A stretch of 64,000 nucleotides of DNA from Octopus sinensis (GCF_006345805.1 NC_042998.1:111600001-111664000); one strand, 5' to 3'; positions 42,086 to 55,007 are shown, numbered from the stretch's first letter. Notes: a model not told the origin generated them from the letters alone. Translations and numbers: made by a program.

Positions 42086-43946
42086 GAATAGTCTACGCTT
42101 GCGCGTTGCTGTTGTTGTTGTAGATAATGGGGATGTTGTTGATAATGGGGATGTTGTTGTTGCTGTTATTATATTTCACTCTCGTAATGTAATGACGATG
42201 CTTTTGCTTCTCTCTTCGAAACACGTTTACTTCAAGCATTTCTAAATTATCTTTTTTCACTTTTGAAAAAAATATAATCGCCTATGGAAAACCTGCCCTC
42301 GGTATCGAGAGTGACAACGGAAAAAAAAGAAGTTTGTTTTACAAACTTTCAAACTTTTAATTACACTTATTACATTTTCACATACAAAATAGCTTCCTCG
42401 TGTAATTAGGCTACAGTAATGGATAGAAAAAACACAAAGACAAAACTAAATATGCAACAGGAAAATAGTGTGATGAATAATTAGAAGAAAATATCACATA
42501 TACTCAAAAAGGAAATTAGGAAGCCTGCTGAACTACTAAAAACAATAACAACAGTAACGGCTCTGACATGATTTCAAATACTGCAGACCGCTCATATTTT
42601 AACTGCGTGAAGGCAAACTTTCCTTTAATACAAAGTGAATGGAATTTTTTATCTATCATAGTTAGAAGAAATATGGGTGGCAGGGTTTCTTAAAGCAGAA
42701 TAGTATTTTTTACCACAAAGAGTTAATCCAGGAGAAATCAAAGACAGAAAGAAAACTTATTTACATCTGCTTCACATCATGCAATATGCTCTCCAAAATG
42801 TATTGGGAGGAGTTATCTCTTTATAAATATACAACAGGTAGGGTATTATATACTGTACCCTTAAAACTGAAGACGCGGCGAAAAAAACACGGGCTGAAAT
42901 TATCAGATATATCTTTAATTGTATATTTATACCTCAGTACATCACTCAAACACAAGAGTCACAATAGGAGACATTGGACACGACGTTGATTAATTGAGAC
43001 TTTTGTATCGCAATGTGACGGATTGCCTAAAACAGTCTTTAGTAAAAGATGGCCTATGATCAGAGAGCGTCATCCAAAATTTCAGGGATTTTCTCTATCA
43101 TTTTATCTATCGGTTTAGTTTCTGTTTGAAAATTGCTAAAAATTGCTGAAAATAGACACTGCTTTGAGTATTCATTCTTGTCTAGAGTGATATGACCATC
43201 TGATCAAATGAAGGATTTATTCAAATACTCATCAGAAAAAACACATTTTACATCTTTGATGGATAGTAGTGATTACACAATGCGTTAATTATATCATCTC
43301 ACCAATTACTACAGGTGTGACGATGTATGGAAACAATTGTAGTGATTTAAAATAAAGAACGTTGTTTAATCCATTTCCTCTTATTCACCTCTCTTTATAA
43401 ACTCTATAGATACAATGGAATTTCAGATGTATATCCAGTGACAGGAATATTTTCACTGTCTACTGACATTCAGTAGTCAATACCTGTGGACGAGCTTTGT
43501 ATGAGCCTAACCACAAGGTTTTCATCCAAATTCTGTTCAACTACGCATGCACATATGTATGAATGTATATGCATGCATACGTGAATGAATTCCTATACAT
43601 ATACATGAGGGGTGTATTGTTGTGTGTGCGTGTGTATATGCCTGCATATGTGTATGCTTATATATATATATGTGTGCTTATATATGTAGAGGATACGTGT
43701 ATGTGCATGTGTGTGTGCATGTGTGTGCATTAGTATGTGTGTGTCTGTATCTGCGCGCCTGTAAAATTCTTAATACGTCCTTCTATATATATACTGTCTA
43801 TATTACTCTCACTTCGTAATTTGTAAATGTTTTTCTTCACACTCTGTGGGATCTTTTCTTGCGTTGAGAGTTTCGCATGTGAGAGTTTCGTATATCTGCG
43901 TCACTTCAAGCTATTGTGGAAGATTTTAAAAAATAGTAGTAGTAGC

Positions 43947-44014
<68 letters not shown>

Positions 44015-44180
44015 ATTGATAGAATTGTTAGAGCGCTGGAATAAATGCGTTGCGGTATTTCCTCAACTCTTTATGTCCTAAGTTCAATTACGGGAATTGT
44101 GCCAAAATTTATAATTGTTGTCGTTGTTGTTGTTGTTGTTGTTGTTGTCGTCGTCGTCGTCATCTTCATCGTCCTTAAAA

Positions 44181-44340
44181 GGCGGCGGCAGCGGTAGCAT
44201 TTCATGCGTCTTTATGAGTTCAAATTCTGCCGAGGTCGACTTTGCCTTTCATCCTTTCCAGGGTCTGAACACGAGGGTCGATGTAATCGAGATGTGCCTC
44301 CTCCAAAATTTCAGGTCTGGTATCTATTGTAATAAATGTT
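44181..44340 (+). mobile_element. SINE family S2, internally deleted
   Basis: GAGTTCAAATTCTGCCGAGGTCGACTTTGCCTTTCATCC core. Confidence 0.8.
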
Positions 44341-44419
44341 GTTGCTGTTGTTGTTGCTGCTGCTACTCTTGTTACTAGGCACAGACATGAGGACAATAAT
44401 CATCATGTAAATGAGTAAT

Positions 44420-45250
44420 TCTAAACAAAAGACAAGAAAGAAAACACTAAAATTTTCATTAGCTCCAGTTATTTAAATCCGTAATGCTATGATGAATAAG
44501 TGGTCCTTTGTCGTGTGTTGGCAGCTATAGCCATATTAATTAAAATCTGTTTCGAAATTGTTTGATGTTAGTCCTCAATATATATTCTAGATGTGTTGTG
44601 TATATTTATTGTAGCAATGGGTAGGTAATTTGATTTTAGGGGACAGTTTATGTGGCTAGTACAGTTGCAATTTCAGTTTATATGACTAGTCATTGATTTT
44701 TCTCCTTTTCCTGATGCTGGAGGAAACAAAGACGTAGACAAAGTTTTGAGTTTCCGAATAAAAGAGTTCAAGTGTGTTCTTTTTAAATATATTTGTATGA
44801 AAGTGTTTGATTACATATTGCAAAAGGCTCCTGTTATTTGCTTTGCAACTGTAGTAACAAAAGAGGGGTTATGCCAAATTTTTTCCCTTGTTTGCGATGT
44901 TAATATTTTTTATATATTTTATATTTCTCTTGTCGGTTTCAGTTTTTTCCAACGTATTGATATAATAATTTGCACTGCTTAAGATTATTTTTATTGGCCA
45001 AATGTTTGGAAAGACCGATTGATGTATTCGTAAGAATGTTATTTGTGATAGTCCTGTAGTTATTTTGATAAACACTGGATATAATTTAGTGTTTTATGAG
45101 TTTTATGATGGCAGTTATGCATAGTATTCTTCAAATTAAAAACATCAAGAAAATGTGCGGCTTATTTACTTTTAGGCGGTATTAGTTGAATAAAACACAT
45201 AACCTTTTTCTTAATCTGTTGATTTGCTGCGGGTTGAGATTTTTTGTAAT
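44420..45250 (-). mobile_element. Decayed Penelope-like element (thumb, linker, GIY-YIG)
   Basis: KIWHNPSF..FLQYVIKHFHTNIFKKNTLELFYS, CNC..NCPL, Y*GLT..FETRF-like motifs typical of the PLE linker and endonuclease. Confidence 0.7.
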
Positions 45251-45879
45251 TAATAATCCATCGTCCTAATAAAATCCTCTTTCAATGTGCTGTAATTCAG
45301 TCTTTAAATTGGGAAGTAAATATAAGCCTACGTTTTCACTTAATGTTATTATACAATCGTAAAACTTATCAACATACCTACAATATATAATCATTCGCAC
45401 ATTGAATATCATTTTAATACGTCTGAAAATCCTTTCTGTGTACATCTTAATATAGACGAAACTAATGGGTGAACATTGATATTCAATTAATTAGATGCGT
45501 ATTAACAGTATCTAGTCATGTAAAATGACTTTTCATCGGTCATTCTTTATTCTTTGCAAAGAATACAGAATGCTTGCTGGAAATTTTTTTCTATACTATT
45601 CTCTCTTTTCTTCATAAAATAATTACACAATGATATTGATTTCTTTGTATCTATTTTTAATAATTTAAGTATTTAATTTAGCGTTAATCTTCTCTGGCCA
45701 CAGACAGTCTGTTTCGAAAATTCTGTTTCTCTATTGGTGAGATGTGCTCCAGAAAAGAAAGTACATAAATATATTTTCAAAGAATATTGAATGAAAGCGA
45801 ATTTATATTGCGTAGACAAATCTATCCAAAGAAGTGAAGCCTATCATTTCGAGAGATAATGTTCATTAATGTGAGTTCT

Positions 45880-46800
45880 TGGTAGACAGCTGTCAAAAGG
45901 ATTCAACATGAGTGACATCGCTTGCATAACGGAGTCTTACAAGCATCTTGTAAGTCCGACTAAGTCCCTGATTCTTGACTTCTTGAGTATTGCTTTGAAT
46001 TTAGTGTTGAATTCCTGGGGGGGGGGGGGTGCTGGTTTACTGTATGAAGATAATAAATCGTAAGGAAATCTGCTCCAAAACATGCCTGTTCTTGAGATTG
46101 GTGCAAGTCTAAAGTCTTTGCATGATGTATGCAAACATCTTGTATGTGATGGAAAGCAAACTAATTGATCTGTAATTCTTGATGCTGACACTTGCCATTC
46201 TTCTAAACTATAACCACTCCTGCATTTTTCCTCACTTAGAACTTAGATGCTTAGGCGGTGATATTCGAGAGCAGTTGTGTGGGGACCTGGTTTAGAGCAT
46301 TTCCATCTTCTGGAAGACACCGCCAGTCATGCTGACTTCACTAGGGTCTTACAATGACGTAGAGTCTTCAGTGACATCTTAAGTTTTACGAATAGAATGA
46401 GAAATGTTTCGTTTTTTGTTCTTTTTCATTTCTCGTATCGGTATTGTGAACACTTGATGTTAGATAGTGAACACCTTGGCCAGTATAATTTTTTCATTGT
46501 GAACTGTAGTCTTGTCTTCTTTATTTCTAAACGCTGCTGTTGTCCGGCATTTTTCGCGCTTATTTTTCCGAAGACCTCAAGAATTTGTTCCATGTTCTGA
46601 GCTGATTCATTGCATACCTGGTGACTACAAGACTTCAACACATTCAAGATGTTTTAGGCAGAGTGACATATCATTTCATTGTTTGTCTCTTTTTTAATAG
46701 CTCTCTTGTTCCAGCTGTTAGCGTATCTGTATTTTCATCCTTGTGTCTTCTGGTTGCCTGACAATATTGTCGAATGAGATAATTTCTGTAATACGTTATC
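45880..46800 (-). mobile_element. Decayed RTE-clade LINE reverse transcriptase remnant
   Basis: KNYRSISLLSITYKMFAYI, LDLHQSQEQACF, LRYASDV (LRFADD-like). Confidence 0.65.
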
Positions 46801-47035
46801 GGTTCAAAAGTTCTACTTGAAATTCCGTTTGCTGATGGCGCAGCTTGTGTTGTTAGGGTCGTTCGATTATTTTCACTATTTTAAACATGGTGTTCAAGAT
46901 CTCCCTGATAACATTGTGTGTATATGTGTATAGAATAAATTATAAACTAGCAGAAGCACTGGACTAAAACGGATTCACTGCCTATCTAGCTAGCCAAATT
47001 GTAAAATCTACGTAGATATACATATTTTTGGCTGT

Positions 47036-47077
47036 ACTCTTCTGAAGATGAGCTTAACGCCCGAAATATATAAGAGT
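47036..47077 (+). ncRNA. Imperfect minimal hammerhead-like motif
   Basis: ACTCTT-CTGAAGA-TGAGC TTAAC GCCC-GAAA-TATAT-AAGAGT; stem II has a mismatch and the cleavage triplet register is imperfect. Confidence 0.45.
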
Positions 47078-47485
47078 TTTTCAACTTTCATCTCTGCATT
47101 GTTAGAATCTTTCCTCATTTCAAGTATTATTCTATTTCTATATCACAATGCTTCAACGGATTACAACGCTCTTCATATGTGTGTGTGCGTGTGTGTGTCT
47201 GTAGATACACATATACATACGTACGTACATGTGTGTGTTTGTGCCCGTGTTTCCTTTTGTTTACAATGTTCAAAATATCAGTAGTATTGATGTTGTGTCA
47301 CTTTATATATTATGACTTAGCCGTTCGTCAAGCATAGATTGGTAAAATAATATAGGACTGAAATATATATTGGTATCGATGCAACCGACTAAACCGTTGA
47401 AAGTAGTGCCCCAGTAAAATTGAATTCCAATGATTTGAAACCGAGAAAACATTATATGTGTGAATACGCACATACTTGTGCAAAC

Positions 47486-47610
<125 letters not shown>

Positions 47611-50600
47611 TTGATATTATCTTGTTTATTTCCATTTTCCTATGCACATAGAATATATTCATGTATACTTTATGTGGTCATAAATCTAAATATAGTTGTA
47701 CGTATATATATTTTCTTTATGGTGATGAATTTTTTCAGATCCACAGAATACATCATTCTGTCACTTACAGCAAACGAAGCAGCAATAATTGTAGGAAGAT
47801 TTAGTAATAAAGTTGAAATGTCAGAAAGAAAATGTAGAGTCAGTGGAAGTTGCTGGTAAGTACTGGTGAGATAAAGAAGGCGAAGTGGGGTGGACCGGTG
47901 GTATAAGGGGAAAATGAAGTGGATGGAAGTAATGAAGATGAAAAGTGGACGAGCGGAGCTGCTACAGTTGGGAGGTGAAATGATGAGTAAAATTATTATC
48001 ACCTATCAAAGATTTGGAAAAAAAACTATACATAAGAAGGAAAGCAGTAAAAAAGCAACAGTGAAAGAAAGAAAGAAAGAAAGAAAGAAAGAAATAAAGA
48101 AACGAAACGAAAAGAAAAGAAACGAAGCGTAAGTAGAAGCGAAATGTCTAAAAGTGTAATTGTTATTTGAAGTGTTATTTGAAATATATTGTTAGTTTTA
48201 CATATCTGTATGCAAGTTCTCCAGTTACGCTATCTGTGACTCGGATTCCCTTCTCTGCTGAGGTTGGTTCTCATCATAAGTTCTGCTTACGCTTTAGGAG
48301 ATGAAATGGATTGGTATTGCAATGGAATTTGTTCTGCAAATTAAATTTTCTATAAAAGAAAAGAAAAAGCTAATGGACAAAAATGAAACTTATTGCAATT
48401 CGAGAGAAACTACTTATAAATGAAGAAATATTAATTAGAGTATATACCTAGTAAGTTATGTAGTAAAAAAGTTCTCTTCTCTGTTGTCAGATTATTTCAG
48501 GTTTGATCCTACTGTATGACAGCTTGGGCAAGTGTCGTCTCTCGTAGTCTTGATTCTATCCAAGTATCCAGGCATAATTTGGCAGATCGAAACTATATGT
48601 AAGCCGCTGATTCCCTGTGCCTGTTTATGGTGGTAGTTTTACACCTTGGCAGATCGAAACTGTGTGTAAGCCGCTCTGATTCACTGAGCCTGTTTATGGT
48701 GGTAGCTTTATACCCTCTGTTCCTTGAGCAACTTTGGTGTATTCCATTCTGTTGCAAGCGTCTAAAACTCCTTTACTCTTAATCTAAGCCAACTGATTAC
48801 AGAAATATCTAATGATCTAGACGGTTACACACCTCTTAATTTTGTTGTTTTGGTTTTGTTTTTTAAATTTTTATTAATTTCGTTAAAGGAGGGGAGGGCA
48901 GATTCCAAAATGATATGTGTATACTTTTCCGGACCTTTAGGTAACAAGAATAACGATGAATTAGCTGCTACAAACCAGTCACCACAATCAATCAGAAGCA
49001 GAAATTGAATACAGACAAGATGGTAGAAGACAAAGACAAATCAAGGGGGAATATGCTGTGGTCTCTCTGACTGGAGACCATAACAAAAATATGACAACAC
49101 AACTAAAGGGCAAATTGAACAAAGACAGTTAGTGGGAAGGGAGTTTGTGGCTAAATGGCAGCGAGATAGACATTTACTGGGTTCCTTCTTACAGGAGATC
49201 TTCGAGCAAAACAGCTGAAAAATTCAGGTATGAAGCCGAGGTCAGAAATAGTCGCGTAATAATGCCTCTTTGGTATGATTACACGTTCAACCACTTCTGT
49301 AAGGGTAATAACAGAGTACTACTGATATAGCTACTGCTGTTTCTGGTGTCCTTACTGCTGCTGTCGCCTTCTTCTTTCAATCAGAACTCAAACCATTAGC
49401 CACAAAGAATAATCTCTAATTCGAGCCTATTATAAGCTACTAAGAATGTGTGTGGAAGCTTGAAGACCCACCCACCACACGCGATAGACTGGCGGTTGCA
49501 CGGGCGCGAAAGCTACGTTGTTATCCTCATTCCGTAAACGGTGGCTTTTAACGGATGGATTACTGAACCATCCTGGGGTACAGAGGATTCGCAATCTAGA
49601 CTAGGGTCTGAAAGTTTACCACACCATAGTGGGTTACACTATGGTTCCTCTACTTTATGGCCGAAGTAGGAAGAAAGAGTGAAAGAAAGTTGTGGTGAAA
49701 GAGTACAGCGGGGTTCACCACCACCCCCGCCGGAGCCTCGTGGAACTTAAGTGATTTTGCCCAATAAACACTCACAATGTCCGTTCTGTTTTTGTTAAAT
49801 CAGCTGCTGCTGTTTCTTCCTATTATTCTTGTTGTTCTTCTTCTTCTTCTGCTACTGCTGCTGCTGCTAGTGTTGTTGTTTTCCATAATAGCAGCGGCGC
49901 AATTATTCGGACTTTGAATTTTCAATGCTTGAAAAACGTTCTCCTCTTCCGAACGGAGGGTGAAGGGGAGGTATTCTGAAATTGGCTACACCTGTCTTTG
50001 AGAATCATTTCTATCTCTCCCTTCAGTTTGATGCCATATTTGTAAAAAGCAAAAATAAATTAAGTGTTTTTCAAAACAAAATTTGAAAATTTTTCCAACA
50101 AATTTCAGTCCTAGATAGGCTAAGACACAAAGGGACCAGCCAGCCCTATGCGTTCTGCTTGGCTTAAACAAATGTTACATAACAAAATTTCAGCAGCTAA
50201 CAACTTTTGAATGTATAAACAAATGAACAAACTTACGATGAATAATTACAGAAAATAATATAATGGAAAAAGATGCTAACATAAAGTGCAAACGATATCT
50301 GTATATATAAAAGGATGTATGTGTGTGTTTACGTGTGTGTGTGTGTACGTAATTGTTATTTATGTACGTCCACAAATTAGCACACATGTCGATCAAATTT
50401 TAGGAGGACATTCGTCATGATCCTAGCTGTATTTTCGTCAACTTATTTTTACCAGAGGCACCAGCGAATAGCAGTACAAGTAAATTTTCAACCAAAACTT
50501 TTAACAAATTTCTAGTCGGAGAAATCACCATTGTTTACAAACAGGAATCAAGTCTCCTTCAAGCAACAAGTAAGTTTTTTTGTTAAGACTTTTGTTGTTT

Positions 50601-50730
50601 TTTTCCATCGAGGAAAAAAGTGTTTTGTTGATATATGGGCAGCACACACACACACACGAACAAGTATGCATACAAAAAATTTGTATGCAATAGGTGTACG
50701 TACGTACATGTGTGTATGTGTGTGTGTTGC

Positions 50731-50791
<61 letters not shown>

Positions 50792-51050
50792 GTCAAAATA
50801 AGGATGAAAAAATTGGATATTAATTTAATAACACCAATTCAAACACCAAGTGGCCTAGCGTATATAAGACTGGGATTCAGTAAATATTATTAATACAAAA
50901 CTATGAGCGAATTCACTATGTGGACGCTCTTACGCTGGATATAGATCCGCAAAGGGAATCCATCACCAAAGAATTGTTCTCAAGAAATAATTCAACACAC
51001 CAAGAACGTAAGCGAGCAGGACAAATGAAAAATACCGAAAATATAGATTA

Positions 51051-51126
51051 ACTCTATACAATTGTTTCATCGTTAATAAAATATGTAATTTTACTTACAT
51101 AAATATCTTCGATTCTTCAGTAGAGT
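51051..51126 (-). ncRNA. Type I hammerhead ribozyme (left arm)
   Basis: ACTCTA-CTGAAGA-ATCG..CGAT-GAAA-CAATTG-TA-TAGAGT on the minus strand; predicted cleavage between 51057 and 51056. Confidence 0.85.
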
Positions 51127-51397
51127 ACGTCAAAAATATAATTTGTTGAACTGCACGGCAAATATCAATATCAGGTTGGAGAGGGGCGAACAGTTTTTCA
51201 CCCTTATTTTGACTTTAATTATAATATGTTCTCAAACCGGCAGTAAATTACTTATGCAGTATTTATATCCGGGAATTTAGCGCGCCAGAACGAGGGCATT
51301 TGAATGTAACTGTGAATATAATAGGCCGAACTGTTCGCCCCTCTCCAACCTGATGTTGCTATTTGCCGTGCAGTTCAACAAATTATATTTTTGACGT

Positions 51398-51473
51398 ACT
51401 CTACTGAAGAATCGAAGATATTTATGTAAGTAAAATTACATAATTTATTAACGATGAAACAATTGTATAGAGT
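51398..51473 (+). ncRNA. Type I hammerhead ribozyme (right arm)
   Basis: 6-bp stem I ACTCTA/TAGAGT, core CTGAAGA and GAAA, stem II ATCG/CGAT with inner TTATGTAA/TTACATAA hairpin, palindromic stem III ACAATTGT, GUA cleavage after 51467. Confidence 0.88.
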
Positions 51474-51849
51474 TAATCTATATTTTCGTTAGTTTTCATT
51501 TGTCCTGCTCGCTTACGTTCTTGGTGTGTTGAATTATTTCTTGAGAACAATTCTTTGGTGGTGGATTCCCTTTGCGGATCTATATCCAGCGTAATTTCAA
51601 CAGATTTCGACCAAATTTGACGTCGATGTTACTTAGTTTGGTTTGAAAAGCCGGGTTATACTGCTAGTAACCAATACAATGAGACAAGTAACAACAGCAT
51701 TTCCAACAAACAAGGCAGTTGCCAAGTCTGAGCCATTTACAGACACAGTCGCGTCAGCAGAATTGTCCAGATATAATTATCAAAGAGTCGGGTGAGAGCC
51801 TCTACATTGTAATAAACAACTCAGACCTTTCTGTTCAAAGCATGGCTAA

Positions 51850-52000
51850 AAGAAATTGAGATATAGACAAAGTATAAGGATCTTGAATCTGAAATAAGTA
51901 CAATATGAGGAATGAAAACAGTGTAGATAATACTTGGAGTACTAAATATGATTTTCAAAGAAAAGAAACATAAACAAATCCGTAAAAACCGTATCAGGGA
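51850..52000 (+). mobile_element. Degenerate Dong-like RLE C-terminal fragment
   Basis: KYKDLESEISTI*GMKTV*IILGVLNMI is similar to D6 KYKDLEIEITRMWNLKTETIPIIVGALGMI. Confidence 0.55.
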
Positions 52001-52169
52001 CTCCCTCCTTCACTCTCATTCATTCCGTTTCTATAAAATAATACACACAGAACATACTCTGCACGATCAACGCCTCACGCTAAGTCACACAACACCAATC
52101 ACACCACAACCACTAATAAAAAAAACACCACCAAACAAAATGACACAACACATATCATACATTTCTGTT

Positions 52170-52376
52170 CTATATTTAAAAGATGACGAATTATGTACAT
52201 TATTTACATTTTTTACATCATTTACATACGATATTTGTCCTCAACTTGTTTGTTGTTAACACAACGTTTCGGCTGATATACCCTCCAGCCTTCTTCAGGT
52301 GTCTTGGGGAAATTTCGAACCTAGGTCCTCATTCCTACGGTATTTTTCGATGTTGTTGTTATTATTATTATTATTA

Positions 52377-52408
<32 letters not shown>

Positions 52409-52472
52409 TCACTGCTTAGAATCGAACTCGGAATCTTGGGGTAAGTAGCCCGCGCTCTTAACCACTACGCCA
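52170..52472 (-). mobile_element. tRNA-headed SINE carrying a hammerhead in its 3' part (3' limit approximate)
   Basis: A box TGGCGTAGTGG (52472-52462), B box GAGTTCGATTC (52429-52419), (AAT)n linker, hammerhead at 52258-52303. Confidence 0.8.
52258..52303 (-). ncRNA. Minimal type I hammerhead ribozyme
   Basis: GACAC-CTGAAGA-A-GGCTG..CAGCC-GAAA-CG-TT-GTGTT; palindromic AACGTT stem III; GUU triplet. Confidence 0.7.
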
Positions 52473-52824
52473 CATGTCTAGATGGGCTAAGACACAAGTG
52501 AAAACGATATAACCAATACAATGAGACAAGTAACAACAGCATTTCCATCAAACAAGGCAATTGCCAAGTCTGAGTCATTTACAGACACAATCGCGTCAGC
52601 AGAATTGTCCAGATATAATTATCAAAGAGTAATTAAGCCCGCGCTCTTAACCACTACGCCATATTCTGTACAATAGATAAAATACTAAAATGACAATTGT
52701 AGCAAATCTCAAAGTCATGGAAACTGATTTAGTATTCAAATGCAAATCTACACCTTTATAAGGCAATGCTGTGCTCATCACAAGAACACTGAGGTGCAGC
52801 TGATGGTGCAGTAGAAGCGTGATA

Positions 52825-52990
52825 AGTTGTTTCAAATTTGAGCAACATTATTTGACTGGTAACTTTATGTTATCGACCCCTCGAAATGATGAAAAACAAG
52901 ATCGGTTTTCATGGAATTTGAACTCAGAACGAAAAGAGCCGGAAGCATTTTGTCCAATGCACTAACGATTGTGCTAGCTCCCTGCCTTTG
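52825..52990 (-). mobile_element. SINE family S2, degenerate
   Basis: GAATTTGAACTCAGAACG and GCACTAACGATT match the reverse complement of S2. Confidence 0.7.
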
Positions 52991-52997
52991 AAATAAC

Positions 52998-53056
<59 letters not shown>

Positions 53057-53671
53057 TGATGATACAAAAATAACAAGGTGTATAATCTCTAACGAATAGA
53101 AAGAGAAACCTATATAGAAAAAGTTACTTTGTACAATAAATTAAAGAGGCAAAAATTAATTTACATTTTCAAAAATCGCTAGTAATTATTTTAGCATGAG
53201 CTGCTTCAATTGCAATTGCTAATTAATTACTTTGGTAAGACATCTAATAATTATGAAAAATTCATGTAATCTATGGGATGATTAATTAATTTTTTTTTTT
53301 CGTATTTTATTTGTATATTTTTCCTTGTGGTTAAATAAATGTCTTTGAAGTAACAGCGGATAACATGTTTGGTTGATAAGTATTTTTTTGTCGATTTCAA
53401 AATAATCATTGGTGTGGAAACCAGAAAAGTATTAGAACCTTTGTTAGTTTTGAACCCTATTGTGATCGATGTTCTTTTCCATGTGACTTGACTAAATCAA
53501 GAAACGTGTGTCACAGACATCTTCCTCCTATATTATATTCTACCACAATACGCCACTCCAAAGTCTGCATATCGCTACCCACGATATGAAATTATTTTGT
53601 TTCTTATAAAAAGTATAGGTCTTTGGGAGACTGTTTCAAACAGAAATTTCATCAACTGCACTAAAGATTGA

Positions 53672-53838
53672 CTACAAATGTTGGCACTAAGCCAGCAATT
53701 CCTTGTGCTCAACTGGTACGTATTTTATCGACCCGTAAAGGACGAAAGGCAAAGTCGAATTTGAACTCAGAACGTACAGACGGACGAAATGCCGCCAAGC
53801 ATTTTGCCCAGCGTGCTAACGATTCGGCCAGCTCGAAC
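53672..53838 (-). mobile_element. SINE family S2
   Basis: Reverse complement of GAGCTGGCCGAATCGTTAGCACGCTGGGC..GAGTTCAAATT..GTCGATAAAATACGTACCAG. Confidence 0.85.
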
Positions 53839-54812
53839 TACACTAGATATTAGGAAGCTCTTTGACAGGATTCAGACTGAAAATTTCTTTGATATCCATC
53901 CCATATGAATAATCTTCCTTGTTACTGATGAATGTCGTAACGACCTTCTTTATAGGTCATTCCTTTTCATTCTATGATGCTAGTCTTACAGCGTTCCCAA
54001 AATCATTCATATCCAACGAAGCTCTGTCATTTTACTCATTCTTTTCTATAAATGACTCTGCTTTGTCATATGCAATTTTATCTCCTATTGCTATTTACCA
54101 GCTCATCTTACTCTGAAATACTTCTCAATACAAGACTGAACCTCAGTGAACCAAGTGCTGGTTTAACTCTTTGCATGTCCTGTGTATAACATGTAATATA
54201 CACGACTTATTTCCCTGGCGTCCATGCTTCACATATGATACACATTCCAAATTTTTGTCAACTAGAGAATAACTTCCTTATGAAAGGAAAGTTTTATATT
54301 ACTCAGAATGTATGAAACTAGAGATAACTAAAAGTCTTGAAACAAACATGGACGTTTAGGAGAACTCTATGAAAATGCTTTGGACAGGAACAGGATTGAC
54401 AAATCCAAAATACAATATTTTATTTTCACCCTGAAAAATTATCCCTTTCTATATATACTTGAAAGAACAATTTCTACATGAAATTAATAATAAATAAAGG
54501 TAACTTGAGGTTTTCTTTAGAAACCCTGTGCTACCGTCATAGGTTCAAGCAGTCCTGATTTTGTTCTTAGATCCACAAAATTTGCAACTCAAATCTTTTT
54601 GTTAATATTATCTAAGAACCGATTCACATTGATGTTAATTATCATGCTGTTTGTTTGACGAATTTGTCAACTTCAATCTCTGAACCGAATTCTAAAGAGA
54701 GTAGTTCATAGTCCATAGTTCATACCGTACTTTTCTGATTACGCTAACACATTATCGACGTTCATCTTATCGAGCCACCATCTCCTACAGTTTGTCTCTT
54801 TCGGGGAGTTTA

Positions 54813-54819
<7 letters not shown>

Positions 54820-54889
<70 letters not shown>

Positions 54890-55007
54890 AATCTCTGAGC
54901 TAGGTATATACTTCACGATATATATATATATATGTATGTATATACATATATATATGTATATATATATATATATGTATATATATGTATATACATATATATA
55001 TATATAA

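Larger units (their letters stand above)
50930..51594. repeat. Long inverted repeat: 266-bp arms (50930-51195, 51329-51594) and 133-bp spacer
   Basis: Arms compared by eye; about 6 mismatches. Confidence 0.97.

Noticed and set aside
47739-47855. 117-bp exon-like segment (TTTTTTCAG..CTG|GTAAGT), open as STEYIILSLTANEAAIIVGRFSNK..
   Set aside because: No recognisable homology, and it lies in purine-skewed sequence resembling a decayed Penelope-like end. Not supportable without RNA-seq.
49145-49330. IYWVPSY motif resembling a LINE RNase H
   Set aside because: The downstream GNExAD motif is absent; too weak.
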